The position numbers and the translations under genes are program-made. A stretch of DNA of 59,719 nucleotides, filler included, from Squatina squatina (lineage: Eukaryota), in NCBI GenBank assembly GCA_031763465.1. It is 4 parts of 4 records of this genome, joined end to end, with 100 filler letters (N's around TTAATTAATTAA, not from the genome) between each part and the next. Parts side by side here need not be neighbours in the genome. Positions count along the whole stretch, not along the records: positions 46,028 to 59,719 come from JARFOE010000189.1; 3 more parts are not named here. The stretch is one strand, 5' to 3'. Every line of letters begins with the position of its first letter. The stretch's first letter is position 1. The notes under the pieces were generated by a model. It was not told where the DNA came from, did not search any database, and worked only from the letters and a program-made list of their open reading frames with translations. Positions 52,601 through 59,719 of this stretch are shown in pieces.

Positions 52601-55600
52601 GCCAAATAGTCAGATTGTTCAAAAAGCAAACTGGTCAGACAAAGGCAAATATCAATGTTACTCATCTCTCTGCTCCAAAAGGAGGCCATTCCTGTACCTG
52701 AGTTCCCAGTCCACCATTAGTGAGGCCCCTATGGATGAATAGTCAAATTATTCAAAAAGCGCACTGGGCAGGCAAAGGCACATATCAATCTTAGTCATGC
52801 ACTTTTCAAGTCTCATACAATGCCTCCAAGCCGATCTCCGCTTCAAAATGCCGATTTTTTTTTTTTGCGTGGAAATTTTGCATCCGCTTTCAAATATAAA
52901 TACTGCTATAAATCACTCCACGCCAGGGGTCACTGCCCAAAAAACAAAAGCTCCTGAGAGGCCTGTGCCCGGGGCGGCTGTAGGGTCATGCTTGCACTTG
53001 GCTGGGAGTAGCCAGAAGGCAGCAGCCCATGATAAGATTTATGTGATGTAAATTCAATTTATATAATGCTTTACATATTGCTAAACTAGAGGGGAAGTAC
53101 ATTATCTAACCTGAAAAAGTTGTGGTAACCTCGTGAGTTGTAATTGCAAAGGTTGAGGTTATCTTGTTGGAATTGAGGATTTGGTGGATCTAACATCAAT
53201 GGGAACATGTGCTTTTGCCATAGTAAATCTGGAGTGAAGCTGCCACATACTCAGGTTTCCTATTTGACTTTAATGACCATGGTAATGATTTCCCAAGGGG
53301 CCATAACGAATCAAATAATGAAGTAGGATTGCAAGAAAACAATCCAGGTATTATTTCAATCACAATTTGCAACATCAACCAGTGTGGTATTCAGTCCAAC
53401 TTGAAATTGGGTATAATGCAGTTGATGCAACAATGGTTATTCAGAGTAGAACAAAGAATTATCAGTGATACAAAAGCGAAATACTGCGGATGCTGGAATC
53501 CAGAACATCAACAAAAAATGCTGGAAAAACTCAGCAGGTCAGGAGNNNNNNNNNNNNNNNNNNNNNNNNNNNNNNNNNNNNNNNNNNNNNNNNNNNNNNN
53601 NNNNNNNNNNNNNNNNNNNNNNNNNNNNNNNNNNNNNNNNNNNNNATTGCGATTGAAAATTTTTTTTTTTTAACAGTGATTTTCTTAAAAATAAAACTTA
53701 ACCAACACTCCCCACTGAGTGACAGCGCCCCAAAAAATGGGCATTGACACCGCTAGTTTTAAGGTTCATCAACCTCAACGAATTTTTCAACAGGCAGCTA
53801 TTTAGGCGTTGCGCCTACTGATGATGTCATTGATGGCATCTAACGCTGAACACTGAGTTTCTAGCCCTAAAGGTTTACACCCATTTAGCGCAAGCGTTAA
53901 GAGAGGACAAATTTCCCATCGATAAATTTAGTGCCCAAAATCGGCATTAGGCCATTAATGCCAATAAAAAGGACGAATTGCCTGCCCTAAGTACTTTTGA
54001 AGTGTAGTCACTGTTGTAATGTGGGAAATGTAACAGCCAATGTGCACAGCTCCCACAAACAGCAGTGTGATAATGACCAGATAATCTGTTTTTGTTTTGT
54101 TGATTGAGGGATAAATATTGGCCAGGACACCTCTCCTGCTCTTCTTCAAAATAGTGCCATAGGATCTTTTCTGTCCACTTGAGAGAGCAGATGGGGCCTC
54201 AGTTTAATGTCACATCTGAAAGATGGCACCTCCGACNNNNNNNNNNCATAACCTTCATGACTCAGAGGTGAGTGTGCGACCCACTGAGCCACAAATGGCA
54301 CATCAACAAACCAAAAAGCATTTCATTTTCTTAACATTTTCACATTACTATATTTTTCGTACAAGTAACTGAATTAGTTTTTTCTTTCCCTAGCAGCAAA
54401 ATAATAAGCAGAAGAAAACTTAACCTAAACATTGCCTTCTTTTTCACACCACTCTGCCACAAATAGGAACAAAATGGATCAGCTTGGTGCTCACACTCGT
54501 TCTGAGAAGTGCAAATGCTGGCGCTTAACCTAGATGAATTAGAATAATTTGCAATGAAAGGCCAATGACGATCAGTTGCAAATGCTTAAAACATCAGCGC
54601 TTTTGAGCGAAATGAAACAGGTCAGGCCTGCCTGAAGTCATTTTTTGGCGACGTGGCCTCTTGAGGAATTTGCATTAAATTGTCCAAAAACCACTCGCAG
54701 ATTGACGCTGCACAGGAATATGTTATTGAACATTGGAATAAAAAAGTGCTGTGAAAACATTTTTCTGTAAGAAACTGTGAAGCCTCAGCATGGACCATTT
54801 ACAGAAATAATAAGCTCTGAAAATAGCCATGTGGAGTCAGAAATGTTTTGAAATTCGGCCCCTTAGTCCCAAGGCAAGGTGAAGTGCAATTGCTACAATT
54901 GATCCAAACGACACCCATAACAGCCCATTATCAAACCTAATCTGTACGTTTGCCTGCTGTACAAACTGTACAAATCTAGATGTCATGATATCTCTGAATT
55001 ATGATGAAGACATAATTACTCTTCTAAAAGTGTTATTCTTATGGGTTGGGTTTCCGCTTAGATGAGCAGTTCCATATTGGGGAATGCTCTGCTGAAAATG
55101 TACATACTTGGGATCAGAATTCTGCTCCGGGCAGGCTGATTAAAATACTAAGAATGGNNNNNNNNNNNNNNNNNNNNNNNNNNNNNNNNNNNNNNNNNNN
55201 NNNNNNNNNNNNNNNNNNNNNNNNNNNNNNNNNNNNNNNNNNNNNNNNNNNNNNNNNCAGCATTACATACACAACACAACTTAACACCAGGTTCAATCGC
55301 TTTATTAATACAGCATTAATCCTGTCCTTTGAACCATCCTAGTTTTTTTATACATCTGGCAATTTGTCATTCCTCAAACAACTAGTGTATCAGCTGGTGG
55401 AGGGATTATGGTTCTGGTTGTGTTCTGGCTCTGACCCACATCTTATGGACATCCCACAGGGACTCCCCGGGGCTTAGATCCAGGGACTATGCTGGCCCTG
55501 GTGGAGCCTAACATTTTTCCCCATGCTGATATCAAACTGGCTCTACACAATTTTTGTCCCACAACCATGCTTCTTTGTTGAAAAACATCAATGGATAGTT

Positions 55601-56269
55601 GGCCGTCCAGGATTAGAAATTTTCTGGCAGTGTAGTGCGCGATGCATTGAGCACTGTTTTCTTTGATGAAATTAAAGTGACATTTTACCTTTCTTTGATA
55701 AAACAAATCACAATTACCTTATCTTACATATGCACATTTTTTTTCTGCGTCAATTTACCTTGTGAATTATTCCAGTCTTTTCTGAGTTTACATATGTGTT
55801 TGGGGGAAAAAAAACCCCAGCAGATTTCAGTAATACTTATCAAAGATTAAATGTGCTTAAATTACTTTGACTGTTAGGCCAGGGNNNNNNNNNNGCTGAA
55901 GTAAACTCGGTACTATGTGGGCTTGATCCTGGATACTTTTAATATGTATAACTGGTGGTGGCTAACAAAAGAAAACCCTGACTGGAATTGTGAAAGATTT
56001 AATAATAAGCATTCTTTAAGTAAATATTTCCCCAAACGTTGTATGTCTTTATGTTGGGTTTAAAGGTGTTTAGGATACCTTTGGGCAATCTATGATGAGT
56101 TATTAATGAACAAAGGTATTAGCTGATTCATTTATGTCAGTATTTAATGGGTTAGTATGAGCTATTGGGAGAAATTGCAGTTATGCTGTAGCTCGTGTTG
56201 ATTGTGTCAGTGTGAGTTAAATAACTGGCTAATTAATGTAAATGATTATTACTATACTCTCAACACATT

Positions 56270-56580
56270 GGGGTATGGTAGCACAGTGGTTATGTTACTG
56301 TACTCTTAATCCAGAGGCCTGGGCTAATGATCTGGGAGACATGAGTTCATAATCCCACCACAGCTGCTGGGGAATTTGAATTCAGTTCATTAAATAAATC
56401 TGGACTTATAAAGCTGCCACCAGTAATGGTGACCCTGGCCTATATGTGACTCCAGACCCACAGCAATGTGGTTGACTCTTAACTGTTCAAGAAGGTGACT
56501 CACCACCATCTTCTCAAGGGCAATGAGAGATGGGCAATAAATACCAGCAATGTCCTCACCCCATGAACAAAAAAAATAAA
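56270..56580 (+). mobile_element. tRNA-derived SINE with LINE-derived 3' tail; partial inverted copy at about 57225-57400
   Basis: A-box-like TAGCACAGTGG and B-box-like GAGTTCATAATCC. The tail matches 25845-25945. Confidence 0.75.
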
Positions 56581-56917
56581 AGAGGCTGGATTGTGACAGT
56601 CAAAAAGTAGTGTTTAAGAACCTAAATTCAGATTATAGTTTTAATATGCAATCAGTAAATTAGGTACTCACCCAACTGTTAATGACCCAAAAGCAAAATA
56701 CTGTGGATGTTGGAAATCTGAAAAACAAATCGAAAATGCTGAAAATACTCAGCAGATCAGGAAGCATCTGTGGAGAAAGAAACAGAATTAATCTTTCATC
56801 AGAATAAATAACACTGTNNNNNNNNNNNNNNNNNNNNNNNNNNNNNNNNNNNNNNNNNNNNNNNNNNNNNNNNNNNNNNNNNNNNNNNNNNNNNNNNNNN
56901 NNNNNNNNNNNNNNNNN

Positions 56918-57125
56918 GTCCAAAGTCAATGTTGAGGACTCCCAGGGCCACTCTCTCCCAACTGTAATATCACTGTGTTGCCACCTCTGCCAGTGGGACA
57001 GGATGTACCCAGGTCTAGTCATGGAGAAGTCTGGGACATTGGCCAATAGGTATGATTTTGTGAGTATGACCATATCAGGCTGTTGCTTTCCCAATTTTGG
57101 CACAGTCCCCAGATGTTAGTGAGGA
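56918..57125 (-). mobile_element. LINE AP-endonuclease N-terminal fragment
   Basis: Translates KQQPDMVILTKSYL..NVPD..PGYILSH. Confidence 0.75.
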
Positions 57126-59719
57126 GAACTTTGCAGGGTTGACTGGCTGATGGATGTGCCTTTGTCGTGTCCAAATCCAATGCTTAGGATGATGCTGGGT
57201 GGTCCGTCCAGTTTTTTTAACGGTTTGATACAACTGAGTGGCTTGCTAGGCCATTTCAGAGGGCAGTTAAGAGGTCAACCACATTGCTGCAGGTCTGGAG
57301 TCACATGTCGGCCAGACTGGGTAAGGACAGCAGGTCTCCAGATTACTGGTCCAGGTCCTGGATTACTAGTCCAGTAACGTAACCACTATGCTACTGGACC
57401 TGGCATTGCTACTAGATTTAAAGTAGGAACAATATGATCATGTGCAACCATTTATTAATTTAATAAATAATATAGTATGATATAAATATGTAGGGAGGAA
57501 ATCTCACCGGTGGCGTATGCCAATATACAAATTCATAGTTTTTCGAGATTTATAATTCATGAATGTTAAAGGTATCTATCTCATTAAATACATTTGTGTA
57601 GTGACGATTTGCTATTGGAGTGATCTAGTGTTTGATAAGCAATTGATTTTTTTTTAAAGATCAAAAAATAAATCAGTATCTATGTAATTATAGGCTTGCT
57701 TTGCAACATGGATTATTTTGGGTGAAAATCTTCTGTTTGATTTGAGGAGATTATTCATTTGGTGTCATTGGTAATATCAATGAAATATTGATGCAGCAAT
57801 TAGTGAAAATAAGATTAGCATCTATAAAATAAAAGTTATTCCATGTATTCTTTGTTTTAATATTGATTCTTAGTAATATAAAACTAATATAGAAGTTGTT
57901 ATGTGGTCTGTTCACCACATGTTAGAAAATAATTGTTATTCTTTGATGTCAAGCAGAATGCTAAGTGAAATGGTACAGAGGGTGGCATGTTAATGTTATG
58001 TCCACTGTTAAATAGCTTTGAATGACAAATCACGTATATGGGATCTAAAACACTTATTTCACATTTTTTGTGCAAGAAAGGATGCATGCCTCACAGGAGA
58101 TGAAAAATGCTAATTACGTATTGAACGTGATATGTTTCCATGTTACGTATTTGAACATCTGTGTACTTCTGTGAGCAGCTTTGGAAGGAAGAGATGTACG
58201 GTGTTTTACTTGGAGAGAAAAAAACATATGCTTTGCAATTGTTGCCTACCTGCAGGTAATTCAACCTGCTCTTTAAGTCATTAAATATTTCAGTGAATGT
58301 ATGAGAGAATATGGCATGTGGTCGACCCCCTTCCTTAGCCATTGAATGAAGCTCCCACAGACAGAATGTAAATGCCAGGCTCAACAGAAGCCAGATGTTT
58401 CCTGTACCTGTGGTGTCCACAGCAGAAACACAAGCCTTTCAGTCAGGGACACTGAGACCCAAGCACGGCCGTCTGTTCGCTATTTATCCTCCCATCAGCC
58501 AGTGAAAAGATCGCACTAACAGGGCTGAGACCTGGGGAGCTGCAGCAAGAGGAGGGGAGCAGGCTGCAAAGTTCACTTCTTAAAATCATTTATCCTTTCT
58601 GTTGCAATTCCCCGATGTGTTCCTGTGATCACTATCAAACAGGTGGCGGGAAAAATCTGTAGTGCTGCTCCTGAGAAAGTAAAAACTGAAAAAGGCTGGC
58701 TGGGCCACAGTGCTCTAGCCTGCTAGTTATTTTCTGTCCTGAGTGTGTGATTGAAATATAAAAGCTTTCACTGGGTAATTTATTACTGTTCCTTTAGAAT
58801 AGCATTGACTATGTATTATTAACCTTTAATCTGACAACAATGTGAATTTACCTTGGGATTNNNNNNNNNNNNNNNNNNNNNNNNNNNNNNNNNNNNNNNN
58901 NNNNNNNNNNNNNNNNNNNNNNNNNNNNNNNNNNNNNNNNNNNNNNNNNNNNNNNNNNNNAAATGTTTTTTGCCTGTCGATACTTCTGCATTCCCACAAA
59001 AGCTATCGCCCCAAATGGGGCGCTATACAGTTTCTAGCCCTTAGTACTTTTTCTTGTGTTTACTAAAATTACGCAACTGTACATTATAGTTTTAGATTCT
59101 ACACATTTATTCAGCAGCACCCACCTTTCTGAGAAGTCTCCGTTGTGCTATCAGTCACTAATTGTGTGCTAGTTCTGTGCAGCACAGTAGCTCATTCTCC
59201 ATAATCTGACAGCACAGTGGAGGCTTAATTATCTGGCCAAATTTGTTGAAAGCAGATTCTGCTGCATTAATAGCCAACTGGTTTACAGATCTGATAGCTT
59301 AAATCAAATACCCCTACGTTAATAAAGTATAATCTTCTAAATAAGCTTATAGTTTACCCTTCCATCTCAAAGGGAGGACTGAGACATTATAATCCATAAT
59401 TATATCTCTCTGTGTAACCGTCCAAATTTCTGAAATCTTTAGCAAATTTTCAACCAAATTGAATGCATAATATTAAAGCTTTTAAGACTTTGATGAGCTT
59501 AACATTGAGCCAAATCCAATTACATATGCATTTATTGCCAACACATTAGATAATATTTCAGATGTGATTAAAATTGATATAATTTTGAAGTGACTCATGT
59601 TACATACAAATTTGGTATGAGGATGGCAGCAGCACCATAGCTTATTGGCGTGCCGGCCTCCTTACAATAGTACTAGAGAACTGTGGGCAGCAGCCAATGA
59701 GAGAAATTGGAGGTAATTC

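Noticed and set aside
56270-56360. tRNA gene
   Set aside because: Only degenerate A/B boxes are present, with no cloverleaf, and the sequence continues into a SINE body.

Overview
This is vertebrate nuclear DNA, not a prokaryotic region. The repeat content (SacSINE1/Deu-SINE copies, CR1 and L2 LINEs) points to a cartilaginous fish, probably a shark. It is a heavily fragmented, probably reference-ordered draft: short contigs are joined by mostly 100-N gaps, and four unrelated scaffolds are concatenated by artificial N44-TTAATTAATTAA-N44 linkers (15705, 29091, 45972). Scaffold 1 holds isolated exons of RMC1, a cytoplasmic actin pseudogene, an ASIC terminal exon, CHPF2, ABCF2, CDK5 and ATG9B (human 7q36-like block). 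Scaffold 2 holds exons of AFG1L and SNX3. Scaffold 3 holds WASL, a HYAL6-like exon cut by a LINE, a SPAM1-like hyaluronidase with an Asn at the catalytic Asp, a CpG-island promoter and an ARL8 paralog (7q31-like block). Scaffold 4 is non-coding, with repeats and blocks that resemble conserved non-coding elements. Most ORF-track entries are spurious, and several real exons (ASIC, CDK5, first ATG9B exon, SNX3, WASL, ARL8) are absent from the track in their true frame. I found no convincing new multi-gene system. The best leads are a minimal hammerhead ribozyme core in a short dispersed Penelope-type repeat, the two altered hyaluronidases, the ASIC3-position gene with an ASIC1/2-type C-terminus, and a semi-processed actin pseudogene. 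All gene assignments come from recalled protein sequences, not from searches.
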